64,000 bases of DNA from Bacillota bacterium (GTDB lineage Bacteria > Bacillota > Bacilli > Alicyclobacillales > SLC66): the NCBI GenBank assembly GCA_026627345.1, contig JAPNUP010000084.1, positions 4,325-68,324 on the forward strand. Reading direction: 5' to 3'. This document shows, piece by piece, positions 39,761-49,698 of the stretch. Made by a program: the position numbers and the translations under genes. The notes beneath the pieces are model-generated. The model was not told the origin of the DNA, did not search any database, and was given only the letters and a program-made list of their open reading frames with translations. Each line of letters starts with the position of its first letter. Position 1 is the stretch's first letter.

Positions 39761-40128
39761 TGTTTCTCGTCATTGGCGCAGTCATGGCCTTCTTAGCCGT
39801 GTTGCTGGGCGCTTTTGGAGCACACGCGCTTCGCGGAAAAGTAACAGCAGAGCGCCTGGCCTCCTATCAGACAGGCGTACAGTATCAGATGTTTCATGGG
39901 CTTGCGTTACTCGTGATCGGTCTTTGGACCAGCATATCTCCGTCTCATCAGTTAATCATTGGCGCGTGGTGCTTAGTCGTTGGCATCGTCCTCTTTTCCG
40001 GTAGCCTTTATCTCCTGACGGTGACAGGCGTTCGACGGTTTGGCGCTATCACGCCACTCGGAGGAGTGGCCTTTTTAGGGGGTTGGGTTTTCGTGTTTCT
40101 CGCTGCGCTACACTTTGTTCGTCCCTAG
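39760..40128 (+). CDS. DUF423 (YgdD/YwdK) family membrane protein
   Basis: 122 aa, 4 TM helices. LGAFGAH...YQMFH motifs. Start overlaps the upstream stop (TGATG). Confidence 0.8.
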   Translation: MFLVIGAVMAFLAVLLGAFGAHALRGKVTAERLASYQTGVQYQMFHGLALLVIGLWTSISPSHQLIIGAWCLVVGIVLFSGSLYLLTVTGVRRFGAITPLGGVAFLGGWVFVFLAALHFVRP

Positions 40129-40317
40129 TAAGTGAACGAGCGACAGCGCCGCTTGCCACAGGATAGGCGATTGTCACACCGAGCGAATGCTACGATTTTT
40201 GACTTCTGTGGCATGATGTACCTAGGAAGCATCTGCAGGATCTGCGGAACACTATCCCTGTATAACGGCATAGCTCCTTATGGTTACCGCATACGGTTAC
40301 GGTGGCGTACAAGGCTT

Positions 40318-40851
40318 ATGCAAAGAGGTTATGCGTTGTTTAGGGGGCGAGTTCCAGTGAGTTGGCTTCTGTTTTTCTTCTATCTGATCGTCTGGGGCGG
40401 GCTTATCATTGCCTGTTTTCCCAACCTGTGGCCGCGCTTTATACACGAACACGTAGACGGGCATATCAAATTGCAGCAGGATTTCGTCCGCAAAGTCGAG
40501 GTAATGCGGCAGGCACATTCCTCCGTTCGGCTGACTGGATCACTTATCGTACGCCTGACAGAGGCATTTAACAACGCCGTATTCATCCAGCGGGTGCAAG
40601 TGAAAGAGGCGCCACACGCCACGCTCAAATTTACGCTTCGAAGTGGCGAGCAAGTGTTCGTGGCACAAGGCCTGAAAGAAGATGACATCTACATTCTGCG
40701 CTATAAGCAGGGCAAGCGAGTCGCTTGTTACTGGGCGCGTGAGACACAGTTATATACGTTTCTGGCTCGCCAGATGTGGCGGTCGGGAGGCTTTATGCGT
40801 AAGGCGCGTCAAGATCGTCTACGCAGCACACACTTGCGGCTTGTCCGCTAA
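40318..40851 (+). CDS. hypothetical membrane-anchored protein
   Basis: The track ORF runs 40132-40851. Its first 60 or so codons are Arg/Cys-rich and un-protein-like. ATG 40318 (MQRGYALFRGRVPVSWLLFFFYLIVWGGLIIACF) gives one TM helix plus a soluble domain. The RBS is weak. Confidence 0.45.
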   Translation: MQRGYALFRGRVPVSWLLFFFYLIVWGGLIIACFPNLWPRFIHEHVDGHIKLQQDFVRKVEVMRQAHSSVRLTGSLIVRLTEAFNNAVFIQRVQVKEAPHATLKFTLRSGEQVFVAQGLKEDDIYILRYKQGKRVACYWARETQLYTFLARQMWRSGGFMRKARQDRLRSTHLRLVR

Positions 40852-40976
40852 AATGCTGGTCAGACTCGCATGAGGAAGCTGTACACGGTTCACACTATCT
40901 GAGGGGTGCATGATCCGTAATCCGTTGGTACCGGGTGAGGTGTCAACACCCTGATGAGGGGAGCGTGCAGTGAACA

Positions 40977-42083
40977 ATGGAGAATGTAGTCACAGCAATC
41001 GAGGTAAAAGAGCGTATGGCACGTGGCGAGACGTTCGGTTTCATCGACGTGCAGGATAAAGGATCATTTCAGAATTGGCAAGTCAAAGGTATGACGTTGC
41101 AAGCTGTGAACGTGCCCTATTTTGACTTTAAGGAAAACGAAGTCAATGATGAGTTGTTGCCGGAAAACTGTTGTATTGTGATGATCAGCCCGCAATCAGC
41201 CACAGCCAAGCGCGTTCGGTCGCGCTTTGAAGATAAAGGGTACGACGTTGTGAATCTTTCTGGTGGACGAACCGTGTGGCACGACTTTTATCTCGAATCT
41301 GTGATCTTGACGTCGTCTGAAGTGAAACTGACCCAGTTTCATCGTCTCGGAACAGGCTGTCTATCGTACTTTTTGGTCAGTGGTCACGAAGCTATCGTGG
41401 TCGATCCGAGCCGTCATATCGAACAGTACCTTGAAGCAGCGGCCCGAGAAAACGTGAAAATTACTCATGTCATCGACACACACATCCATGCAGATCATAT
41501 CTCCGGCGCACAAGCTTTGTTGCGTGAGACCTCAGCTGACTATCTGGTCGCGCACAGCGAACTCCACGCTCACCACTTACCCGTTGTTCGCATGCATCAG
41601 GGGACGACGTTGCATCTGAGTGGAATGGATATGCGGGTGACTATCCTCGATACAGAGGGCGAAACGCAAGGCAACTCCTTGTTGGAGTTTGACAAGCAAT
41701 TCGTGCTCTCGGGCGATGCCATTGCGCTTGGAGAAGTCGGTATTCCCGATCTGACCGGCAATGCCCAAGAATGGGCGGAAAAACTTTTTAATACCGTGCT
41801 GCGCGACGTCAAGCACTTACCCGATGACACACTCATCTTGCCTGCGCATTTCGGTGATATTCAAGCCGTCAATGCGGGTGGTTACGTGGGAGCGCTACTA
41901 GGCGATGTGCGATTGGGAGCGCAGGCGAACGCCACCAAGAATGTCCTGACCTTCTCATCTCGGCCGCTAGGCTTCGTGGCGTCCTTGCCCAAGGCTTCTG
42001 ATGACATCAGGCAGATTAACGCTGGTCTTGCTACGTTAGACGGAGTGATCGCGGCCGACTTGGAGCTCGACCTGCGTGAGTAA
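40977..42083 (+). CDS. rhodanese-like domain / MBL-fold metallo-hydrolase fusion (persulfide dioxygenase-like)
   Basis: N-terminal rhodanese-like fold in which the usual catalytic Cys loop reads IVMISPQSATAKR. The MBL motif is HVIDTHIHADHISG. Confidence 0.75.
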   Translation: MENVVTAIEVKERMARGETFGFIDVQDKGSFQNWQVKGMTLQAVNVPYFDFKENEVNDELLPENCCIVMISPQSATAKRVRSRFEDKGYDVVNLSGGRTVWHDFYLESVILTSSEVKLTQFHRLGTGCLSYFLVSGHEAIVVDPSRHIEQYLEAAARENVKITHVIDTHIHADHISGAQALLRETSADYLVAHSELHAHHLPVVRMHQGTTLHLSGMDMRVTILDTEGETQGNSLLEFDKQFVLSGDAIALGEVGIPDLTGNAQEWAEKLFNTVLRDVKHLPDDTLILPAHFGDIQAVNAGGYVGALLGDVRLGAQANATKNVLTFSSRPLGFVASLPKASDDIRQINAGLATLDGVIAADLELDLRE

Positions 42084-42104
42084 CGAGGTTTGTGAGGTGT
42101 AGGT

Positions 42105-42917
42105 ATGCTAAGTGAGTTATGGCTGACGGATGGGGGCGCCCCTTATAAGGGGAGCGCCCTTTTCCCGTTGATTGAACAAGAGGCATGGATGCTGTGGAGC
42201 CGGGATAAAAATGTGGCCACTTTGCATTTTTGGCGACATCGTCAGGCGCTTTTATTGGGATCCCGCGACGCTTCTTTACCTGATAGCCAAAGCGCTATTG
42301 AAGCGCTATCTGAAAATGGGTACGCTGTGGCTGTTCGCGCGTTTGGAGGTCTCGCCGTCGCGCTTGATGAAGGGGTTTTGAACGTCACTTTGATCTTACC
42401 AGGTGCACCTGCGCTCGACGATGCGTTTGCCTTCATGGCGGGGCTTTTACACGACGCTTTGGCGCCTTTTGTAGACATTCGGGTAGGCGAGATAGCAGGG
42501 TCGTACTGTCCCGGACGCTATGATATGTCCGTGGCGGGCTACAAAATCATCGGTATTGCCCAGCGGCGGATCGCCGGCGTGATCGCTGTCAGTGCGTTTG
42601 TCAACGTGCAAGGTTCGTCACGTTTGCGTGAGGAGGCGGTGATGACGTATTATGCTACAGCATGTCCCTCTTCGTTGCGGGACGAGGGCCGCTGGTCTCC
42701 GCCTGACGTGTGGCTCGGAAGCACTGCGAGCATGAATGACTTGATGGGGGAAGCTGGATTTACTGTGACGCAGTGTAAAAAGGCGATTGTGAGTGCCGCT
42801 GCACAACGCACGGGCATGCCCATTCATCTTGCACCCGCTTTGCAGGACGATTATCGCCGTCAGGCAGAAATCCGTTTGCGTCGAGGTCGCTATGCGATAG
42901 ACTGGTGGAAGGCTTAG
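42105..42917 (+). CDS. biotin/lipoate A/B protein ligase family protein, LipL-like octanoyl amidotransferase
   Basis: 270 aa BPL/LPL catalytic-domain pattern (HFWRHRQALLLG...AVRAFGGLAVALDEGVLN...CPGRYDMSVAGYKIIGIAQRR). GAGGTG RBS. Confidence 0.6.
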   Translation: MLSELWLTDGGAPYKGSALFPLIEQEAWMLWSRDKNVATLHFWRHRQALLLGSRDASLPDSQSAIEALSENGYAVAVRAFGGLAVALDEGVLNVTLILPGAPALDDAFAFMAGLLHDALAPFVDIRVGEIAGSYCPGRYDMSVAGYKIIGIAQRRIAGVIAVSAFVNVQGSSRLREEAVMTYYATACPSSLRDEGRWSPPDVWLGSTASMNDLMGEAGFTVTQCKKAIVSAAAQRTGMPIHLAPALQDDYRRQAEIRLRRGRYAIDWWKA

Positions 42918-43391
42918 TGTGTTCACGTAAATCGAGTCTATTATTTGTCTGAATTGCGTCTATTTCGTCAAAGTATTGACGTATTAGGTCGTGTTTGTGG
43001 TATCTTAGCATGGATAGTAGTATGGTCGCCTTCATCAGTCCGAGTTGACCGATTACGGTTTGTATGATATTCGCTTTGTTGTAGCATACTTCCACATACG
43101 TCGTCGCAATCTGATTGCACGACTCGTCAGTGAACTGACCCCGTTATTCCGAGAACGGTCACTTATGGTTCTGGTTTGCAGGAATTCCCGGCGACTGCCT
43201 GTTCAACCTTGTCGATTTTGCGCCTACTCTTGCAAAGCATGCTTCGAGCGATTATTGTAGGTCTAGTGTTACTAGGGTGTATTGGTGAACTGTGTTTGGG
43301 AGTATACAGTGCTTTCCATAGCTTCGAGGGTTCGGAACGACGTGAAATAAAATACGCAGTCATCAGTAACACCGTAGGAGGAGACAAGAAC

Positions 43392-44345
43392 ATGGAACAG
43401 CCAGTGACATTACCGTCGTCTGTAGTCGACACAACACTGACAAGCGCAGAAGATGGACCTTTACAGGAGACGGTGTCACAGACGTGGCGCGACTTATACA
43501 AGGACTATGTGAATGTCACCAAGCCAGGCATTACGATGTCGAATGCGCTGATGACGTTTACGGGATTTTGGTTGGCGGAAGGTGGAAGGTTGCATCTCTT
43601 GGTAGCCGTTCTCACATTAGTGGGGAGTAGTTTGGTGGTGATGTCCGGTTGTTCGCTGAATAATTACATGGACCGAGACATCGACCCCCTGATGGCGAGA
43701 ACACAAGGCAGACCGTTGCCTAATGGACGGATCCGCCCGTGGACCGTCATGTTGCTCGGCATCGTGCTTGGCGTTCTTGGCATTGGGATGCTCGGGCTAT
43801 TCGTCAATACGATTTCCGCATTGATGGCACTGATTGGCTTGTTCTTTTATGTCATCATCTACACCGGAATGACGAAGCGTACCACGACGCTCAGCACCGT
43901 CATCGGTGCAGTTTCCGGCGCCATGCCACCCCTGATCGGCTGGACGGCAGTCACGGGTTCTCTCAGTGTGACTGCGTGGCTACTCTTTGCTTTCATGTTC
44001 ATCTGGCAAACACCTCACTTTTTGTCGCTCGGGATGCGTCGTGTCAAAGATTACGCCGCGGCAGGGATTCCGCTTTTGCCAGTGGTATATGGGTTTGGTC
44101 CTACGAAGCGCCAGATCATTCATTGGACGGGCGCATTGGTTCCCGCCTCTTTACTACTTTACACCGTGCATGCTGTCAATCTGCTCTATGTGGCTGTAGC
44201 GGTCGTCCTTGGTGCCATCTATTTATGGAAAGCGTTCAAAGGGTTTAAAGCCAAGGATGATGTAGTTTGGGCACTGGATATGTTCAAGTACTCACTCATT
44301 TACCTGACGGCGATGTCTGTTGCCATGATCGTTGGCGTTGCTTGA
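43392..44345 (+). CDS. ctaB: protoheme IX farnesyltransferase (heme O synthase)
   Basis: UbiA-family motifs (NNYMDRDIDPLMARTQGRPLP; DYAAAGIPLLPV). About 317 aa from ATG 43392, preceded by TAGGAGGAG. The track ORF extends 72 codons upstream. Confidence 0.88.
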   Translation: MEQPVTLPSSVVDTTLTSAEDGPLQETVSQTWRDLYKDYVNVTKPGITMSNALMTFTGFWLAEGGRLHLLVAVLTLVGSSLVVMSGCSLNNYMDRDIDPLMARTQGRPLPNGRIRPWTVMLLGIVLGVLGIGMLGLFVNTISALMALIGLFFYVIIYTGMTKRTTTLSTVIGAVSGAMPPLIGWTAVTGSLSVTAWLLFAFMFIWQTPHFLSLGMRRVKDYAAAGIPLLPVVYGFGPTKRQIIHWTGALVPASLLLYTVHAVNLLYVAVAVVLGAIYLWKAFKGFKAKDDVVWALDMFKYSLIYLTAMSVAMIVGVA

Positions 44346-44360
44346 TTGATTTGCGATAAA

Positions 44361-44404
44361 AAGAAGAGACCACCACTGTGAGCACTCAGTGGTGGTCTCT
44401 TCTT
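44361..44404. terminator. bidirectional terminator hairpin
   Basis: 18-bp stem: AAGAAGAGACCACCACUG (44361-44378) pairs with CAGUGGUGGUCUCUUCUU (44387-44404). Lies between convergent ctaB and the dipeptidase gene. Confidence 0.75.
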
Positions 44405-44413
44405 GATGGTGTA

Positions 44414-45787
44414 TCACTTCATAAATGAGGTGAGGGTACTGTAATACGTTGTCAAGGTGGTAAGACCTTTATCGAAGTTCTCGAGTGAGAAATGTTCATT
44501 TGGCGCGTGAAAGTTTTCGTCGGGCAACCCGAATCCCATCATGACGACTGGTAGCTGAAGAACGCGGCCAAACGTCTCGACGACGGGAATGGAACCACCC
44601 ATTCTCATGTAAAAAGGCTCCACCCCGTAAGCACTCGCGTAAGCGGATGCTGCCGCCTTGATAGCGGGGGAATCAAAGCTCGTCACGAAAGGTCGCCCCG
44701 AATCGAAACGGGTCACGGTAATCTGTGCGCCAGGCGGGGTATGTCGAGCGACATGCTGCTCAATCAGGTCGAGTACCTGACCTGGGTCTTGACGATTCAC
44801 GAGGCGGCACGTGATTTTGGCATGCGCTTGTGCTGGAATCACGGTCTTCGTACCCTCTCCTTGGAAGCCGCCATAGATGCCGTTGATCTCGAGTGTCGGA
44901 CGGGCCATGATGCGCTCGAGTGTGGAGTATCCAGTTTCGCCGTGGAGTGCTGACAAGTTCAGACTTTTGCGGTACGCTTCGTCGTCGTGCGGTAGTGCAG
45001 CGAAAGCCGCTTTTTCCTCAGGGCTGAGTGGCTCGACATCATCGTAGAAACCGGTGACGGCAACCCGGCCATCGGCTGTGTGCAAGGTCTCCAGTACATC
45101 GACAAGCGCATGTACGGCATTTGGCACGGCGCCGCCAAACAGGCCCGAATGCAGGTCTGACTTGGCCGTTCGTACATCGAGTTGTAGCGCGCAAAGTCCT
45201 CGCAGTCCATAGACAATCGCGGGTTGCCCAGGGGCATGCATGGTCGTGTCGGAGATGACCAAAACGTCTGCGGCCAGCAAAGTCCGTTGTTGCTCGACGA
45301 AGGCGTCGAGACTCGGACTGCCAATCTCTTCTTCGCCTTCAATGCAAAACTTGACGTTGACAGGCAATGTACCGTTTACTGAGAGTAGCGCCTCGATCGC
45401 TTTGATATGCATGAAGGTCTGCCCTTTATCGTCGCTTGCACCGCGAGCGTAGACTTTGCCGGAGCGCACCGTGGGGTCAAACGGAGGCGACTCCCAAAGT
45501 TCCAAGGGATCGACTGGCTGGACGTCATAGTGACCGTAAATCAGTACGGTAGGCGCCTGTGGTGTATGTAGATAATCAGCGTAGACGACAGGATTGCCCG
45601 CTGTCTCCATAACTGCTACGTGTTCGAGTCCGGCTGCAGTCAGAGCGTTTGCAAGCCACTGAGCTGTCGTCAATACGTCCGTCTTGTGTTCAGACAATGC
45701 GCTGATACTTGGAATGCGCAAGAGGGAAAACATTTCTTCAAGATGCCGCGCACGGTTGGCGTCGAGGTAAGACTGCACAGTCGTCAT
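44414..45787 (-). CDS. M20 family dipeptidase/metallohydrolase
   Basis: 457 aa. HYDVQP, ARGASDDKGQ and EGEEEIGS motifs. AAAGGAG RBS. Confidence 0.88.
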   Translation of the reverse strand: MTTVQSYLDANRARHLEEMFSLLRIPSISALSEHKTDVLTTAQWLANALTAAGLEHVAVMETAGNPVVYADYLHTPQAPTVLIYGHYDVQPVDPLELWESPPFDPTVRSGKVYARGASDDKGQTFMHIKAIEALLSVNGTLPVNVKFCIEGEEEIGSPSLDAFVEQQRTLLAADVLVISDTTMHAPGQPAIVYGLRGLCALQLDVRTAKSDLHSGLFGGAVPNAVHALVDVLETLHTADGRVAVTGFYDDVEPLSPEEKAAFAALPHDDEAYRKSLNLSALHGETGYSTLERIMARPTLEINGIYGGFQGEGTKTVIPAQAHAKITCRLVNRQDPGQVLDLIEQHVARHTPPGAQITVTRFDSGRPFVTSFDSPAIKAAASAYASAYGVEPFYMRMGGSIPVVETFGRVLQLPVVMMGFGLPDENFHAPNEHFSLENFDKGLTTLTTYYSTLTSFMK

Positions 45788-45885
45788 AAAGTCGCTCCTT
45801 TAATCGTGTTTTGAGATGGCATATCGCTCACAGTGTAGCATATCTGGGCGCTTTACATCGTAGAAGAAGGTCAGGGGGATCTGCT

Positions 45886-46722
45886 ATGAACACACCGGCT
45901 TTGATTGAAGTGCCAGCGCTTTTTGCGCAAATCGGCTCTTGCGTTGTCGTCGACTGTCGCTTTCGACTGAATGACCGAGATTTCGGTAAGCGATCGTATG
46001 TGCAAGGACACATCCCATCGGCTTTGTATGCTGACCTAGAAAACGATCTGTCAGGTCCCAAGGGCGAGGTTGGCGGTCGACACCCACTTCCGTCTGCGGA
46101 GGCATTTGCAGCGTTTCTTAGCCGCCTTGGTGTAGGTCCCGAAACCTTGGTCGTTGCTTATGATGACCAAGGTGAGATGGCTGCGCGGCTATGGTGGCTG
46201 CTACGTTACTTCGGGCATGAGCGAGTCAGCGTGTTGCAAGGAGGCATTGCTGCTTGGGAGTCTGCTGGGTATGCACTGGTCACTGGAGCACAGGCGCCTG
46301 CTCCTAAAGCTGCGCTACGCGTATTACAACCGCAAGCCGACTGGCTGGCCACGCGCGAAGATGTGCAAAGATCGATGAAGCTTGCAAAGGATGGACAGTG
46401 GTTGGTCGATTCACGCGCTGCAGTGCGCTATCGCGGAGAACATGAACCAATCGATCGGCGGGCAGGACACATTCCTGGTGCTCACTGTTACTTCTGGGAA
46501 CAAGCGTTGTCTTCCCCTGCACACTATAAGTCGCCAGAGCAATTACGTGAGCACTTCGCCCAATTGGATAGCCGCCCTATCATTTACTGTGGCTCAGGCG
46601 TCACAGCATGTGTTAATGTACTAGCCCTTTATTTGATCGATGTACAAGCGAGACTTTATGCAGGCAGTTGGAGTGATTGGTGCGCGGATGACAACAATCC
46701 GGTAGCTGTAGGGGATCTGTAA
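45886..46722 (+). CDS. tandem-rhodanese sulfurtransferase (3-mercaptopyruvate/thiosulfate sulfurtransferase, SseA-like)
   Basis: Two rhodanese domains. Active-site loop YCGSGVTAC. ATG 45886 (MNTPALIEV) follows GGGGGA. Confidence 0.82.
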   Translation: MNTPALIEVPALFAQIGSCVVVDCRFRLNDRDFGKRSYVQGHIPSALYADLENDLSGPKGEVGGRHPLPSAEAFAAFLSRLGVGPETLVVAYDDQGEMAARLWWLLRYFGHERVSVLQGGIAAWESAGYALVTGAQAPAPKAALRVLQPQADWLATREDVQRSMKLAKDGQWLVDSRAAVRYRGEHEPIDRRAGHIPGAHCYFWEQALSSPAHYKSPEQLREHFAQLDSRPIIYCGSGVTACVNVLALYLIDVQARLYAGSWSDWCADDNNPVAVGDL

Positions 46723-46729
46723 CCGGGGA

Positions 46730-46755
46730 GGCGTGAGGCTTGTCCACCTCACGCC
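46730..46755. terminator. hairpin between convergent genes
   Basis: GGCGUGAGG (46730-46738) pairs with CCUCACGCC (46747-46755). Confidence 0.5.
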
Positions 46756-46773
46756 ATCGACTAAAACAGCCGC

Positions 46774-47220
46774 TTATTGAGTAACTTCTTCGACGCGGAT
46801 GGAGGTCATACGATCTCCTTGTTGGATGGAGTCAATCAACTCTTCACCTTTGACGATTTGTCCAAAGACAGTATGGTTTCCATCGAGATGCGCCGTGGAT
46901 TTACGGTCGTGCACGATGAAAAACTGTGAGCCGCCGGTATCACGACCAGCGTGCGCCATGGACAGGGCACCGCGCTGATGCTGGTGCGGATTGCCTTTCA
47001 CTTCGCATTTGATCGTGTAGCCTGGGCCGCCGGAACCGTTACCTTTCGGGCAACCGCCTTGTGCCACAAAGCCTGGGATCACGCGGTGAAAAGTCAAGCC
47101 ATCGTAGAATCCATCGTTGGCGAGCTTCTCAAAGTTGGCGACAGTGCCCGGGGCGTGTTCGTCAAATAACTCAAACTGCATCGTTCCGCCTTTGGCTAGT
47201 TCGATCGTTGCCTGCTTCAT
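46774..47220 (-). CDS. ppiB: peptidylprolyl isomerase, cyclophilin type
   Basis: 148 aa. [13 protein letters not shown]...GGSQFFIV motifs. GAGGAGAG RBS. Confidence 0.92.
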   Translation of the reverse strand: MKQATIELAKGGTMQFELFDEHAPGTVANFEKLANDGFYDGLTFHRVIPGFVAQGGCPKGNGSGGPGYTIKCEVKGNPHQHQRGALSMAHAGRDTGGSQFFIVHDRKSTAHLDGNHTVFGQIVKGEELIDSIQQGDRMTSIRVEEVTQ

Positions 47221-47422
47221 TATATTCTCTCCTCATACCCGCGCAGGGTGTGGTGTGATGGGTTAACCCGAGTTTTAGTATACCTGACTGCAACGTGATT
47301 TGCCTGTCGCTCCTTTGCACCTTCAGGTATAATTAAATAGACGTGGACGATAAGCATGGCGCTCTCGCGCCATCGTCCGATATGTTTTTGTGCACTGGGT
47401 GATAGCAAAGGGGAACGAATCT

Positions 47423-48508
47423 ATGTTTACGCGCACACAGACGCGCCCGATACGCGTCGGAGATATTACGATTGGCGGTAGTGACCGCGTATTTATTCAA
47501 AGTATGACGATGACCAAGACAGCTGACGTTGCAGCCACCGTTTCCGCCATCCACAGACTAGAAGAAGTCGGTTGCGAGATCGTTCGCGTGACGGTCAACT
47601 CCCAAGAGGCTGCGCAGGCGATCAAGGAGATCAAGCGGCAGATTCACATCCCTCTGGTTGCCGATATTCACTTTGATCATCGCTTGGCGTTGAAGGCGAT
47701 TGAAAATGGCGTGGATAAGGTACGTATAAATCCAGGCAATATCGGCAAGCGGGAGCGTGTCGAAGAGGTGGTCAGGGCCTGCAAAGAACGCGGGGTGCCG
47801 ATTCGCATCGGGGTCAACGCCGGATCGCTTGAACGGCATATCGTTGAAAAGTATGGATTTCCGACAGCAGAGGGCATGCTGGAGAGTGCATTGTACCACA
47901 TCAAGATTCTCGAGGAATTAGATTTTCACGACATTATTGTTTCCATGAAGGCGTCAGATGTCAGTCTCGCGATTGAGGCTTATCGCCTTGCCGCTGAAGC
48001 ATTTGACTATCCACTGCACCTTGGGATTACAGAAGCCGGAACGCTGTTTAGCGGCACGATCAAGAGTGCTGCCGGTCTTGGCACCTTGCTCTCGCAAGGC
48101 CTTGGCAATACTCTGCGCGTCTCGCTTTCCGCGGACCCGGTCGAAGAGATCAAGGTGGCCCGTGAACTGCTGAAGGCGTTCGGGATTATACAAAACGCTG
48201 TGACGCTTGTCTCTTGTCCGACCTGTGGACGCATCGATATCGACTTGATCGCGATTGCCAACGAGATTGAAGACTACGTGCAAAATATTCGCGCGCCAAT
48301 CAAAGTGTCTGTGCTGGGCTGTGCGGTAAACGGTCCGGGTGAGGCGAGAGAAGCGGATATCGGCATTGCCGGGGCACGGGGGGAAGGACTTCTGTTTCGC
48401 TACGGTGAAGTCGTGCGCAAAATTCCCGAACAAGATCTAGTTTCTGAACTCAAACGCGAGATCGATGCACTCGCCGCGAGATATGCGCTCACAGGCTCTG
48501 TCCGTTAA
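47423..48508 (+). CDS. ispG: 4-hydroxy-3-methylbut-2-en-1-yl diphosphate synthase (flavodoxin)
   Basis: [13 protein letters not shown]...VQSMT...RINPGNIG...SCPTCGR...[10 protein letters not shown] motifs. ATG 47423 follows AAAGGGGAA. Confidence 0.93.
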   Translation: MFTRTQTRPIRVGDITIGGSDRVFIQSMTMTKTADVAATVSAIHRLEEVGCEIVRVTVNSQEAAQAIKEIKRQIHIPLVADIHFDHRLALKAIENGVDKVRINPGNIGKRERVEEVVRACKERGVPIRIGVNAGSLERHIVEKYGFPTAEGMLESALYHIKILEELDFHDIIVSMKASDVSLAIEAYRLAAEAFDYPLHLGITEAGTLFSGTIKSAAGLGTLLSQGLGNTLRVSLSADPVEEIKVARELLKAFGIIQNAVTLVSCPTCGRIDIDLIAIANEIEDYVQNIRAPIKVSVLGCAVNGPGEAREADIGIAGARGEGLLFRYGEVVRKIPEQDLVSELKREIDALAARYALTGSVR

Positions 48509-48537
48509 GTGCTGCGCCTGACGAGTTGAAAAGGAAT

Positions 48538-48582
48538 AAAAGAGCGACCACCCCTATCCAGCAACGGGGTGGTCGCTCTTTT
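48538..48582. terminator. strong bidirectional rho-independent terminator
   Basis: AAAAGAGCGACCACCCC pairs with GGGGUGGUCGCUCUUUU (17 bp) with an 11-nt loop. A/T tracts lie on both sides. Confidence 0.85.
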
Positions 48583-48589
48583 ATGCTGG

Positions 48590-49366
48590 TTACTTATGCT
48601 CGGGCGACTGCGTGATGATGTGCTGCGGCATCTGCGCACTGATGTCGGCAAATAGCAGTGCGCCTCCTAACTCATGCCCGCGCAGATTCGGGTGCCAAGA
48701 GTTGTCGATGTAAGGTTTCAGTGTCTGATGGTGGGCCTGGATGTAATCGAGCATTTGATTGTACACGTTGTAGATGTGTACGTCCGGACTCTGGAAGCTC
48801 TGCGCCTCGCGTATCTCGGCCTGAAAGTACTGGTACGGCAGTCCCTTTGGTCCGTCGAGATACACTTGCTCAGTGACAGGCGGGGTCACGATGTCAACTT
48901 GTGCGCCGGCAGCGAGTGCGAGCGCGATCTCTGTGTGCACGTTGTTGGCAAAAACAGTGAGTGGTGTATGGTTCGCCGCATCGTCGAGTCCACCCCAGGA
49001 AATCACCACGATTTGTGGATGTACAAACGTCAACCAGTGTTGGTAGTGAGGCGCGACTTGCACAGTAGTGATGCCAGGGATTGCCCAACTGACAATCTGA
49101 TAGTGCTTACCTGTACGTTCTGACAGATCGTGAAAGGCAATGGCTAGATAACCACCGCCGTTCGGGTCGCCCCAGCCTGCTGCGACGGATGATCCGATCG
49201 TCATCACTCGGATGCCCGGAGTAAGGTCACGCTTGACCTCAGTCGGTGTCTTGATCTGTAACGAAGTGGCGCTAACCCGGGTAGTCGGTCCGGAAAGGGT
49301 ATTGATCGTAAAAAAGGTGAGCAGAAAAACAGCGACGCTGATGAGCACGAGTAAGCGCTTGCGCAT
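48590..49366 (-). CDS. secreted SGNH/GDSL-family hydrolase
   Basis: Signal peptide MRKRLLVLISVAVFLLTFF. The GSSVAAG block I-like motif and distal blocks are plausible. ATG 49366 follows AGAGGAGGA. Confidence 0.65.
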   Translation of the reverse strand: MRKRLLVLISVAVFLLTFFTINTLSGPTTRVSATSLQIKTPTEVKRDLTPGIRVMTIGSSVAAGWGDPNGGGYLAIAFHDLSERTGKHYQIVSWAIPGITTVQVAPHYQHWLTFVHPQIVVISWGGLDDAANHTPLTVFANNVHTEIALALAAGAQVDIVTPPVTEQVYLDGPKGLPYQYFQAEIREAQSFQSPDVHIYNVYNQMLDYIQAHHQTLKPYIDNSWHPNLRGHELGGALLFADISAQMPQHIITQSPEHK

Positions 49367-49506
49367 AGAGATCCTCCTCTTTGCGATCCGTACTTCTATT
49401 ATCGCGCGCAGGCATCGAAATGTCACCGTAATAATTGTGTAATTAGTATGTAAAATAAAAAAGCACGCTTACCTGTTTTGTGGCATGCGTGCAAAAGTGT
49501 GATGGG

Positions 49507-49698
49507 TTAATTTCCTTGAATCTTCTTGTGCGTCCATTTGCGGTTGCGATTCGTGGTCTCAGGAAAGTGGTCGCCTCTGTGTAAATGGATCATTTGCGGG
49601 TCCTGTACGGGCGCTGGATGCGCTTCTTCACTGATTTCAATATAAAAACCGTTATTCGGCGCTTCATCGCCCGGCTCGAATTGCGTTCGCTCACCCAT
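49507..49698 (-). CDS. YjzC family small protein
   Basis: MGERTQFEPGDEAPNNGFYIEI...HLHRGDHFPETTN resembles B. subtilis YjzC. AAGGAGG RBS before ATG 49698. The track ORF is over-extended. Confidence 0.7.
   Translation of the reverse strand: MGERTQFEPGDEAPNNGFYIEISEEAHPAPVQDPQMIHLHRGDHFPETTNRNRKWTHKKIQGN

Noticed and set aside
42760-43095. 111-aa minus-strand ORF in the lipL-like/ctaB gap
   Set aside because: Half of it overlaps the 3' end of the LipL-like gene. It has no RBS, and its C-terminal part is compositionally odd.
43176-43391. Long N-terminal extension of ctaB (track ORF start 43176)
   Set aside because: The strong TAGGAGGAG RBS serves ATG 43392, and the resulting 317 aa matches typical CtaB length. 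The extension is retained only as a low-interest note.
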